DNA from: Camelus dromedarius
Lineage: Eukaryota
DNA: 64,000 bases
Assembly (NCBI RefSeq): GCF_036321535.1
Contig: NC_087444.1
Coordinates: 68,386,001-68,450,000 of the forward strand
Direction: 5' to 3'
Below the pieces are notes generated by a model. That model was not told the DNA's origin and did no database searches. It saw only the letters and a program-made list of their open reading frames with translations. Numbering within the stretch: the first letter of the stretch is position 1; each line of letters starts with the position of its first letter. Made by a program: the position numbers and the translations under genes. Below are positions 46,752 through 58,317 of the stretch, piece by piece.

Positions 46752-47339
46752 TTACCATTATCTCTTGTTTGCATTCCCCCACATCTTTAGTTATATTGTA
46801 TCAGTGAAGGTCCCTGCAGGAAACAGATGGCCCAGTCAGTTTAGGGTAACTTGAGGTGGGTTTAATACCAGGAGTATTTACAAACGGATTGGATAGTGAA
46901 GGAAACAGATGAGGAGTAGTGCAAGGCCTTGGGACCCACATGCATGAGGGTCTATCATCTGTAGGCCTGAACAAAAGGGAGGGAAGGGAGTGGTTACTTG
47001 ACCTGGAAGGGAGGGGTCAGGTACACAGGTGGAGGACACAGAGAGGTAGTGGTTGCCCTGAATGAAGGAAGCCTGGGGAGTAAATACTCTAACACTCTCC
47101 TTCTCTTCTCTCTGGCCCTACTCCTAGGCTCCCCATTGGCTGCACCCAACAGAAGCCAAAGGCCAGCTTCCTGGGGCCCAGAGGTGGGTGGAGAAGTGGG
47201 AGGGGCAAAAGGGAGACATCCCACCTATACCACTAGTAAGGCTTCCATTCTAACAGGATTATTGAATAACCATCCCCTATTGGTGAACATGAATGTTCTT
47301 TTCAGTGTTTTGTTAAAGTCATGGTTCTCAAGGCTAGGG

Positions 47340-48150
47340 GTGAGAAAGGAAGTAATTTTTCATTCTTTTAACAGTATCTTTCATAGGGCTGAAGTTTTAT
47401 ATTTTTCCATCTCATTGATTTTCTTCTTTTATGGATGATGCTTTCATGATTTTAATAAGTCATCACCTTGGTCCCTTACATTTTCTCCTATTTTACATTC
47501 TAGGAGTTTTATAGTTCTGCACTTCACGTTTAGGTCTATGATACGTTTTAAGTTAATTTTTGTGAAATGTGTAAGGTCTGTATCTAGGTTTTTTTTTTTT
47601 TCCCCTACGTGAAAGTTCTTTCAATACCATTTGTTGGAAAGACTATCTTCTCATCATTGAATTGCCTTTGTTCCTTTCTTAAAGACCAGTTGACTTTATT
47701 TGNNNNNNNNNNNNNNNNNNNNNNNNNNNNNNNNNNNNNNNNNNNNNNNNNNNNNNNNNNNNNNNNNNNNNNNNNNNNNNNNNNNNNNNNNNNNNNNNNN
47801 NNNNNNNNNNNNNNNNNNNNNNNNNNNNNNNNNNNNNNNNNNNNNNNNNNNNGTGAAAGCTATTCTGGGCTTTTTGGATCGCTGTATAAACTTTTACTTT
47901 GTCAATATTTACAAATTAACTTGCTGGGATTTTAATTGGATTGCAAGGAATCTATAGATTAAGTTGGGAAGAACTGACATCTTGACAATATTGAGTCTTC
48001 CTATCCAAGTTCATAGAGTATTTTCATTTTTAGATGTTCTTTTATTTCTTTCATCAGTCTTCCTCATATAGATCGTGTTCAGTATTTGTTAGATTTGTAC
48101 TTAAGCATTTCATTTTTGGGTGGTGCTGATGTAAATGGTCCTTTTTTTTA
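47340..48150 (-). mobile_element. Old L1M ORF2 fragments (spanning the N gap 47703-47852)
   Basis: Reverse L1 ORF2-like text (tttaggtctatgatac...caataccatttgttggaaagactatc; gaactgacatcttgacaatattgagtcttcctatcc). Confidence 0.6.
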
Positions 48151-49989
48151 ATTTCAAACTCAAATTGTTTATTGCTATTATACAAGAAAGAAATGGACCT
48201 TTGTATATTAACCTTTATCTGGCAACATTGCTATAATCACTTATGATTCAGAAATATGTTTTTAAATGCATAATATTAAATACACAGGACTATGAAGGAA
48301 ACTGACTATATTGAAACACAGTTACCAAAACATAAAAGCAATTTTGTGATAAGTAATACATATGCCTTTTTATTAATGTATTAAGTAACAAGATATTGCA
48401 ATGAGTTTAATAACTACTATACTTTTGTGGTAGTAATGAGAGTAAATGATATTTCAAGATGTGTGCCACATCGCTAACATGTTATGAAATATTTATGACT
48501 CCTTTTAGTGACAAAGTCACAGATTCTGCTAATACTATTGTGGTTTGTTACTTACATTCATCATGGAAAGAAATGCTAAATTTCAGTTAAGGTTAGTGAA
48601 GATGGAAATGCAGCTTTTTCTCATGTAAGTTCACCCTCTCCTGAATCCTATCATGGGGTGGTCCACGAACCCCAGGTTAAGCTAGATTTGCAGCAGTTAA
48701 ACAGAATGAAGTAGATCTATATGCACTGACATGGAAAAACTTTCAAGGCATATTACAGAGTGAAAAAAGTAAATTGCTGAACAATACACATGGTGTGACA
48801 CTCCTTGTGTTTATAAGTACTCACACATGCAAAAGCAATTCAGTGGAGAAAAATCGCCTATTCAACAAATAGTGCTGGAGTAATTGGACACCCATAGGCT
48901 AAAAAAATGAACCTTGACCTAAACCTCACATTAAAATAAAAATTAACTCAATATGTGACATGGACTTAAACATAAATTATAAAGCTATAAAACTTTGAGA
49001 AAGAATTATGAAAAACCTCTTCAGGCAATAGGAGGTGCTGGAAGCAGATTGAGGGAGGAAGGAAAGCAAAGTTGGAGTATTTATTCTCCCTTCTGGTTCC
49101 CTCCTGGCAGGGATAAGATCTGACAGTGGCTGGGTTCCTCTGTCTCCAGCCACACATCTCACCTAGGATGGTAACAGCTCTCCGTGTTGCCAGCCTCCAG
49201 GTGCATCACCGCCCTTTGTTGATTTCATTAATCCTACCCACTTTTTCCCAGGTTAAACATTTGAATAGGTCCCCTGCTTCCTGTACATATCGTTTTTTCC
49301 GGAGTTTGTTTAATTGAAATTTTTACTGAGATCATTGTAAGGTATCTCTGGGAAGCACATGGGAACCGAGGAGATGATCATGCATGCTGTTATAAGAAAT
49401 AATACAAAGAGATCCTGTACACTCTACCCAGCTTCCCCCAGTGGTCGCATCTTACAAAATTACAATATTACAACCAGGAAATTGAAGGATACAATCCACC
49501 CGTCTTATTCAGATAGCCCCTAGATGTTCATCTAAATTGTTGCATGTATCAATTGTTCATTCCTGTTTCATACCAGACTTTGCTTAATCGTTCACCCTTT
49601 GAAGGACCTCTGGGCTGTTTCTACTTTTCGGCTATTACTAATAATGCTGCAATGAACATTTGTGTTCAGATGACTGTGTGGACATCAGTTTTCATTTCTC
49701 TGGAATAAATACCCAGGAGTTCAATTGCTGGGTTGATGTGCAGTTGCATGTTTAGTTTTACAAGAAGCTGCCAAACTGTTTTTTGGAGGGGCTGTACAAT
49801 TTTTACATTCCTGCAGGTCACTTATGAGGGATCCAGTTTCTAGATTGTTTTTTAAGTTTTGCTCACAAATAAGTTCCCCAGAGCTTTTTTTGTTGTTGCT
49901 ATTGTCTCCTAAATTCTTGAAGCAGTTTTCTTTTAATAGAGTAAACATCTCAAACAGTGGATCTCAAGAAACTTTTCTGCGAGGATGAT

Positions 49990-50335
49990 ATTTGTCTTTG
50001 TCCAGTTGGGCTGCTTATAACAAAATACCACAGACTGGGGAGCTTAAAAACAACAGAAATTTATTTCTTACAGTTCTGGAGCCACGATCAAGGCACCAGC
50101 ATGGTCAGGTAAGAGCTCTCTTCCAGGTGACAAAATTCTCATTTGGTCCTCACATGGTGGAAGGGGGCGAGGGAGCTCTGTGAGGTCTCTTTTTAGGAGG
50201 ACTAATCCCATTTTTGAGGGCTCCATCTCATGCCTTAATCACCTCCTAAAGACCTCCACCTCCTAATACCATCACCTTTGTTGGTTAGGATTTCAACATA
50301 ACAATTTTTGAGGGGACATTCAAACCACAGCAGCC
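49990..50335 (-). mobile_element. MLT1 solo LTR
   Basis: gggctgcttataacaaaataccacagactggggagcttaaaaacaacagaaatttatttcttacagttctggag... typical of a reverse-oriented MLT1. Confidence 0.7.
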
Positions 50336-52594
50336 TGTATTAAATGTAATTTGTGATTGCACCTAACTCAAGCAAATAACCTGCATTGCAGTGCCCAGAG
50401 TTGAATCACTGATTATTGAGAACTTGCATCTGGTACTTTCCTGTGTCCAATCCCACTGCATTCCACTCTTCCTGCCGTTATCAATTTTACTTCCAGTTCT
50501 TCAGTCTTTGAAGACACGTGGTTTCACTTCAGCCCCATCATGTGTATCAGGACACTTTTGGTAGCAAAAATAAAAAACAAACAAACCAAAAGTCCAACTC
50601 AAGCTGGCTTGAACAATGGAGAACTTATGGACTTATAAAACTTAGAAGTCCAAAATTAAGGTGAGGCTGCAGGTAAAGTTTGATCCTGTAAGACATAGTG
50701 AAACTCCCAATTTTGTTTTATCTTGTTTTTTATCTTTCAGGTCTCCCTTCCACTGGTGGGAAGACTGCTTACCCTTATAATTCCAAGATGAGTGCTAGTG
50801 ATTCCCCTGGCTTCACACTTCATCCTTCTCCAGTAGGAAGAAGATAGCGTCTTTCTCCCAGGAAGTCCAGGATTGAGATTCATTCTGATTAGATTGGCTT
50901 AAGTCAAATCCCCAACCCCAAACCCAATCACCGTGGCCAGAGAGATGAACTAAAGTAAATGGCTGCAGCCAGGTCACATACCCCAATCCCAGGAATGCGG
51001 GGGGGTGGTCAAGTCACCTTCCTAAAACCATTTGGATCTGCAGTCAAAGTGGGGGATGCTGGGATGGGTGAGGGGAGAGGTAACAGAAGCTTGGAAAGTT
51101 TGCTGCATGGACACTTTGGAGGAAACTCTTCTAATGTTTCAGCAGAATTTCTCACGTGCTTTTTCAGAGTGCTTATGTTTCAACAACTTTGATGTTTCTT
51201 AAAACTTCTATGCCTTGGAATAGGAAAATATACACTGAAAAACAAAATAAGTTTCTCATATTAATGCTGAGGAAGACATATACCTGAAAAACAGCCATTA
51301 CTTTCCTGCAATTATCAATATTTATTAATGAACTTAATTATAATTAATTAAAGGTGGTCTCATATAGGAAGCTTGGCTGAACGTGCCCTGAACATACCTA
51401 AGCTATTCTGCACATGGATAGATCTGTCTATATAGATGAGAAATGGCAACACTAACCCAGACAGCCTGGGATCATATCTACAAGCTGTGTGATCTTGGGC
51501 AGACTCACAGCCTCTCTGTGCCTCAGTTTCCTCATCTATAAAATGTCAGCCAGTGAGAGGACCTACCTCACAGTGTTGCTGGGAAGAATAAAGCAGTAAA
51601 TATGTGAGAAGAGCTTAAAGCAGTGCCAAGCACACAAGAAGTGCTCAGTATGTATTAGCTATAATTATTATTGACAATGGTTGAGAAAAACATGTCTGCA
51701 ATTCCAACTTTCAACAGCAAACTAACAATAGTTTTATAATTGGTAAAGGCATAAATATCACTTAATAACAGACTAAGGAGGCCAGAGAGAGCTTGTCTAA
51801 GGTCTTGATGAGGAAAAAACCTGAGAAAACAGAGGAGAGCAATATTCATGCAAAGAACAAGATATAAAAAGACAGGGAGAGAAAGACAGGATATAATGAC
51901 AAGAAAAGAGTGATTGAAGAGAGAGCACAAGAAACCCTAGTATGAACTCCTGCAGGGCAGGCACTTGTATGGGGACCTCTGCCATGTTTGCAGCTTCCAA
52001 CAGGAGGAAATAGTCTGTTTTCAGTTCACTCTTAGAGTGTGAAAGAAAGAAAAACACACAGAAAAGATAAACAGAATCCTCAAAATGAACAGTAGTAATT
52101 GACCCAGGAGAGAGGGTCCGAGCAAAGTCATTGTTGACACTGTCGCACAAGCAGGTAAAGTCATCACACACTGGCCAGGATCCCACCCGGCCAGCAGCCA
52201 GCAATGGATGACGTTGGGAAACAACCTGCATGGGGAAGCCCGGCTGCTCATCATTCTCAGCCCCTCACTTAAGAGCCACCATGGAGGGTGCAGGTACCAC
52301 TGTCCCAGGTGGACAACAATCTGGACACCACCCGGGACACCACCCAGGGGACACTGGAAGGCAGGCCCTGCTGCAGCAAGTGGCACCGAAGACACATGGT
52401 AGGTGAGGAGTGAGGGGAGAGAGGCTGAAGGTAGGAGTAGGTGTCCGGGCCCATCCTGTCTCTCCCCCTGAGAGGGCTCAGTGCCCGCCCTCTGAGCGTC
52501 AATCCCTCTGCGAGTCTGACCAGAGGCAGGGGCTTGGACTTGGGGGCTTTCTCCTTGGGCTCCCTGACGTCTGTCGCCTCTTGCAGGAGCAGAG

Positions 52595-53929
52595 ATGGGG
52601 CCGAGTGGCGCAGCCGCGGTGGCCATGGGGCTGTGGGTCTTGGTGACAGCGGGCGTGGCGGTGGACCCCGGTGTGGAGGCTCCCGGGCGCTGCCTCCTCT
52701 CCCAATACCGCTCCCTGGATCCCCGGGCACTGGAGGCAGCCAAGGCCCTGAGGAACCGCTATGTGAGTGATGCCCACACGCCTCTGTCCCCCGGACCCTG
52801 GGCCCCCGGGTCCCGAGACGACAACCTTTGTCCCGAGGGGCCCTCTTGTCCTAGCGTCCAGCAGGCGCATCCTGGATCTCGGGGTCCAGAATTCAGATCA
52901 CATCTTTCCAGCCGCCCTGGTGGTCAGCTCATACCGGGCCTTAGTGGCTGTCACAGAGGGGCGCCCCCTTCAGGTGGACTCGGCTCCACGTCCCGGCGCA
53001 GGATCCGCACCTGGAGCGCAGGTGCATTTCAGGCCTGCCTCGCGCCTTCAGAGAGCTCTCTGGTCAGGACACGATGAGCACAACCTTGAGGGCCAGTTCC
53101 GATCCACGTGCAGGAATCCGCGAGGATCCCCAGCATCATCCCGGCCCTTGTCCCGCAGGAGGAAGAGACGCTGAGCTGGAGGCCGCGCAACTGCTCGTTC
53201 CACCCGAGGAGGAACCCTCCGCCGCCGTCGGTGAGGCCCGCGGCCGGCAGGGGCTTGGGGACTTGGGCCCCGAGCGCGGCCCCATCTAACTGCCGCTCGG
53301 TCCCCGCAGTCCTGCGCCCGACTCCGCCTGGTGGCCCGCGGCCTCGCCGACGCCCAGGCCGTGCTGAGCAGCCTGCCGAGCCCGGAGCTGTTCCCCGGCG
53401 TCGGCCCGACCCTGGAGCTGCTGACGGCCGCGGGGCGGGACGTGGCGGCCTGCGTGAGTGCCGGTCCCGCCCTGGCCCCGCACCCCTCCCAGCTCGCTCG
53501 GTGTCCCCTAATCCGGGCTTGGGTCTGCGGCTGGGAGGGTGAGGGGCGGAGCCACCTGGGAGGGAGGCTCCGTTCTTCGCCGTCTTCAAGTTACGTGCGG
53601 TTCCCCTCCAGCTCCAGCTGGTCCGGCCAGGCTCCTGGAGGAAGTCCCCGCGGCCGCCCAGGAGGCGTCACAAAACTCGCAGAGCTGTGAGTGGAGCGGG
53701 CGGTCAAGCGGTTAGACCGCAGGGAGGACGGTGTGAGGCTGAGACGGGCCGGGCGCGCGCCTTGGAGCGGTGACGGAGTGCAGGGGGGGGCCCTGACTCA
53801 GCCCGGCTCTGCCTCCTTCCCGGGTTCCAGGAGTCGCCTCGGTGTCATGAAGCCAGAGTCATCTTCAACTTCCTGCGCCTGCTCGCGTGGGACCTGCGGC
53901 TGGTGGCAAACTCGGGACCTTGTCTGTGA
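52595..53929 (+). CDS. IFNL4: Interferon lambda-4, right-arm copy, intact 5-exon ORF, 185 aa
   Basis: Exons 52595-52762 (MGPSGAAAVAMGLWVL...RCLLSQYRSLDPRALEAAKALRNRY), 53159-53230 (EEETLSWRPRNCSF), 53310-53453 (SCARLRLVARGLADAQAVL...DVAAC), 53612-53686, 53831-53929 (ESPRCHEARVIFNFLRLLAWDLRLVANSGPCL*); 558 nt. Confidence 0.96.
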
Positions 53930-54717
53930 TCCCGCCGCGGCCCCGCCTGGGACCCGAAGCTGCGAGGTCGCCTGGCTGCGGGCGCCGCCCTCCTCCGCTG
54001 CCCCATTGGACCCGGCGGGTCTCTCAGCCTCCACCCGCCTGCGCTGGTGCCAGAGGCGCCCTTTTCCCAGGGCCAGAACCAGTTCCCCCTGGAAGCCGCT
54101 CTATTTCCGTGGGAAGTGTCGCCCTAAGATCTTCCAGGGCCCCGGGCTGGCAGGAAAAGACTGGATTCCGTGTCGACCTTGGTCGTTGACCACCACGTAC
54201 CATGGACCAGTTTCTACTTCTGTGGTTACAGAAACCTCCCTGTCCCTTGACAGGTTCCAACGCCTGCTTTGAACCTTCAGTGCCCGCTTTGACATTCCAT
54301 GAATATGGGACTGTTGGATCTCTCTGCTGGGGAGACCTCATTCCATGAGGGACTGGGCAAGAGTCCTTCTGTTAAGTAGTTTTTTGAATTCCGTTACTTT
54401 TGTGTGTTTTGTATTTATGAAGTTCCTATGTATATTTGCTCTTTTGTCTTCTTGGGTTAATTTATCGCCAGTTATTAAATATTATTGCATTTGCATTGGT
54501 TGTTTCTCTGTGATCATTTTGAGGGTGACTGTACAGCACAAAATGCTGAGAGGGAAATCAGGTGACCTGAGTTTCAGTTCTGCCCCTGACACTTAATTGT
54601 GTACCCAGCCTCCGTTTAGTCTTCTATGCCATGATATTATTACACGTCCCTTGCCATGAGTAATACACATTGAAATAGTGCTCGTGAAGCTTCCAGCTGA
54701 AGTCACAGAATGATCTT

Positions 54718-54723
54718 AATAAA
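54718..54723 (+). terminator. Probable IFNL4 poly(A) signal (mirror at 42762-42767)
   Basis: AATAAA ~790 nt after the stop; ATTAAA at 54474-54479 is an alternative. Confidence 0.5.
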
Positions 54724-56381
54724 TGGTCTCCATGAAATAATCACACACATAAAAGTGCAAACAATTGTACTTTTTACATTCATCGAGATCTGGGCAGGAT
54801 GGGTAATCTTTGTGGCCAACTGCAAAGCCTGTTTCCCAAGATCACACAGCTAGTGAGGAGCCCCCAAGTCTTCAGCTCTCGATCACATGTTCCTAACCAC
54901 TCCCTGAGCTTTCTTTCTAAGAAAGACATTATGATGTCTAGGGATTTTGAGATAATAAGTTAATTTTCAAAATTCATTCTTGTTTCATTGTCTCCTCCCC
55001 TGAGGTAAGGCCTCCTCCAAGTGACAGAAACTGACCAGAACACCAGGAGTGACTTGCACATCCCTGCTATTGATTTTAAAACATTTTTGCGTATCAGACC
55101 TCAAAGATATTCCCCAACATGGATTTCAGTCTACCCTCTCCCTGGAATTAAAATGAGGGAAAGAGAGGGTGGGAGTAACAGTCAAAAAGGACTCAGCAAC
55201 TTCTGTCCAAGAAATCCATCACTTCCAGGTCCAGGAGGTCTCGCTACAGTCAGGCTGGAGGGTGCAGTGGTTATTGCCTGATGCCAGGCAAAACTCAGTT
55301 AAAATCCTGCCCTCACTAGTTATTTGCTGTGTGACCTTGAACAAGTCTCTTAACCTCTCTGAGTCTCTAAACTTCCATCTGTATTTGACATGTAGGCAAA
55401 GCACAGTAAGTCCTTGGTGCTATTGTGGGTATTTAACCACGTTGTGGCCAAGCCTCTGTGACAGGGTGAGACATACACCAAAAGTGGGGGTGGCGGTGGT
55501 GTCTGTTTTCCTTTTGCACTGACTGTTCCCTTTTCGCAGAATGCTCCCCCTCGGATCTTCACAGAGCTCCCTCCCTCACTTCCTTTAGGTCTTTCCCTAA
55601 ATGTCATTTCTCAGACACCTCATTTAATGCAAACTTCCTCCCGCACTCTGCTCTCATCCCTGTTTCATTTTTTCATTTTCTGTTATCTGACGTTCTCTGA
55701 CACAATACACACCACAAGCCTAACTCCCCGACCTCCACTGTGTGTTCCTCCTCTCTAGTAAAAAGCTCCATGAAGGATTGTGGTATGTCTTTTTCTTTTT
55801 TCAGTGCTCTTGCCCTGGCACCTTGAACAGGGTCTGACCCAAAGTGGTGGCTGAATAAATATTTGGTGAACGAATGAAGGTGTTTGTCACAAACCAAGCT
55901 GGTTCCCTTGAAGGCTTGGTCGGCCCGCAATTCCAGAGCAGAGCCTCCTGTTCCTGGGTCCTTCTATGCCTGGACAATTAGAGATGTTAGTGCGGGCTCC
56001 CCTCCTCCCCCATTCCATCTTTGTCTGTACCAGGTTGCAAAAGGTGGGGAGGAGCTGGTCTTCTCTCTTAATGGGTGTGTTTTGCCTTCTGACTCTCTCT
56101 CCCCACCCCCAGCAGCACCCCCAGATCTTCTCCCATCACCTAAACAGCCTCCCACTTGGAAGGTCCAGGTTCTTCCCGGCAACTCCTTCTAGGCGTGCTC
56201 TTTCCCTCCACTCCCTGCACTGGGGCATCCTGCAGAAAGGAATCCCTCTGTCCCCTCCCCACTCCAGTCCTAGATCTAGCCTGGCCACTGCACAAGGCAC
56301 CCCCATGTGGGGCTGCAGCTGCCCCAGCCTGGATTTTGTCTTCAGAACGCACTTTCTTGGAGGTGAGCCCTAATGGATGTC

Positions 56382-56535
56382 AGTTTCTCTTTCACTCAGC
56401 TGCTCACCTGGCTCCCAGGCCCCGCCCTGCTCTGGGCTTTCCTGCCTGGGCCTCCCTGGTGGCCGGTGTCACCCTCTAGCTGTGTTTTCACTTTTCCTAC
56501 ATCAGCTGGGATTGCCCAGCTGCACAGGCTAAAAG
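56382..56535 (+). promoter_or_regulatory. IFNL3 promoter module (right copy): ISRE, IRF-E/PRDI, NF-kB, TATA-like
   Basis: AGTTTCTCTTTC 56382-56393, TTTCACTTTTCC 56486-56497, GGGATTGCCC 56508-56517, CTAAAAG 56529-56535. Confidence 0.8.
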
Positions 56536-56736
56536 CGGCACCATGGAGCTCAGGCAGGAATTAGACCTCAGACGGAGCTGGAAGTTCAGACACTCGGACA
56601 GAGCAGCGGGCTGAGGTCCAGAAGAGAAGACTGGGGTCAGAGACGTCAAACAAGACTGAGAGATCTCAGGCGACAGCCTCGGAGTGGACACTTGATCCCC
56701 CACCTGCTGACAGAGACCAGAGACCAGAGACCAGGA

Positions 56737-58174
56737 ATGAAGCTGGGTGAGCTCCGACATCATTGCCCGGGACCTGAGCCCCACAAAACGCCCTCCCCTC
56801 AGTCCCCAGTGACCTACGTCCCCTCACGTTCCTCTCCTTCCACAACACAGGCATGACCTCGGGCTGCCTGCTGGGGCTGTTGCTGATGACCGCAGCGCTG
56901 ACCAGGACAGGAGCAGTTCCTGTCCCCTCACCCCTCAGGGCCCTCCCGGGCACAAGGGGCTGCCACCTGGCCCAGTTCAAGTCTCTGTCCCCACAAGAGC
57001 TGCAGGCCTTCAAGAGAGCCAAGGACGCCTTTGTGAGTGTCCCCCAGCCCCGCCTGCTGTGGGCTCCCCTCCACCCCCGCGCTGTGGGTGCCCGGGCTTC
57101 CTCTGCTCAAGGGGGACCTGCTCTCCCTTCACCGGCCCCTCGCCCTCCCCGCAGAGGGCTGAGCCCTGTCCTCCTGTGGTGGTCGTGCCTCTGCCGTCCT
57201 TTGGACCTTCACCTCCCCTCCTCCTGAGGTCGGCCTCCCTCCAGTCTCACCGGGGTCTCCCCTCGGTCGTGCTGTGGGCTGACCTTGCTCTTGCTCCCTA
57301 GGAAGAGTCACTCTTGCAGAAGGACTGGAACTGCAGCTCGCGCATCTTCCCCAGGACCCGGGACCTGAGGCAGCTGCAGGTGAGTCCGGAGAGTCAGGCC
57401 CACCTGCCCTCACCTGGCCCAGATCACCTGGCTCTGCAGGCGGCCCCTCCCCTCCTCCTCCTCCCGCCTCCTCCTCTCTCCGCCCTGCCCACCTGTCCCC
57501 GACCCCTTCCCCTCCGCTGACCACATCGGCTGTGCCTCTCCCCTGACCCTGACCTTCCCCTTCAACTGTCCCTGCCTGTGTCCTCCCCACCTGCCCCTCC
57601 TCCCTTGTCCTCTCTCACATGCAGCTCTCCCCTGCCCCTGTCTCCCCGCCTCAGGTGTGGGAGCGTCCCGTGGCCTTGAAGGCTGAGGTGGCCCTGACCC
57701 TGGCCGTCCTGGGGACCATGGCTAACTCATCCCTGGGCAGCACCCTGGACCAGCCCCTGCACACCCTGGGCCACATCCACTCCCAGCTCCAGGCTTGTGT
57801 GAGTGCTCGGGCCACCCGCAGCGTGTCTGGGCTCTGACCTCCTGAATGTCCCTCTCTGTCCCAGGCCCTTCCTCACCCCCTCACACCCCCCTCCTCTGCC
57901 CACAGGTCCCAGCTCAGCCCACAGCAGGCCCCAGGCCCCGGGACCGCCTCCACCACTGGCTGCACCGGCTCCAGGAGGCCCCGAAGAAGGTGAGTGACCG
58001 CGGTGGGGAAACTGATGTCTGGGAGCAGCTGGGCGCCCAGGCACGGGGACCACTGAGCCATTTCCCCTCCCACAGGAGTCCCAGGACTGCCTCGAGGCCT
58101 CTGTCATGTTCAACCTCTTCCGCCTCCTCACCCGGGACCTGAAATGTGTCGCCAGCGGACACCTGTGTGTCTGA
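56737..58174 (+). CDS. IFNL3: Interferon lambda-3-like, right-arm copy
   Basis: Micro-exon 56737-56746 (ATG AAG CTG G|gt), then exons 56851-57032, 57302-57379, 57655-57798, 57906-57989, 58076-58174; 194 aa from the ATG at 56853 (198 aa with MKLG). Confidence 0.95.
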
Positions 58175-58209
58175 GCCTGAGATCTACCTGCAACCTGTTC
58201 CAGCATCTT

Positions 58210-58317
58210 ACATGTTATTTGTGTATTGATGCATCAGAACCATTTTCTTAATTTATTGCCTGCAAGTCACTATTTTTGTATTTATGTGTATGAATTCTCA
58301 AACTCAGACCCAATAAA
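58210..58317 (+). terminator. IFNL3 AU-rich 3'UTR and poly(A) signal (mirror at 39168-39275)
   Basis: ATTTA at 58251-58255 and 58280-58284; AATAAA at 58312-58317. Confidence 0.75.

Noticed and set aside
53691-54272. 193-aa ORF present on the right arm but split on the left arm (43213-43795)
   Set aside because: The difference comes from the 8 vs 9 homopolymer in IFNL4 intron 4; the ORF is an off-frame product of GC-rich sequence with no recognisable homology.
56543-56614. ATG in strong Kozak context (gcaccATGg) opening a 23-codon uORF upstream of IFNL3
   Set aside because: It is only ~8 nt after the TATA-like box, so it probably lies upstream of the transcription start. It would matter only if an upstream TSS is shown.
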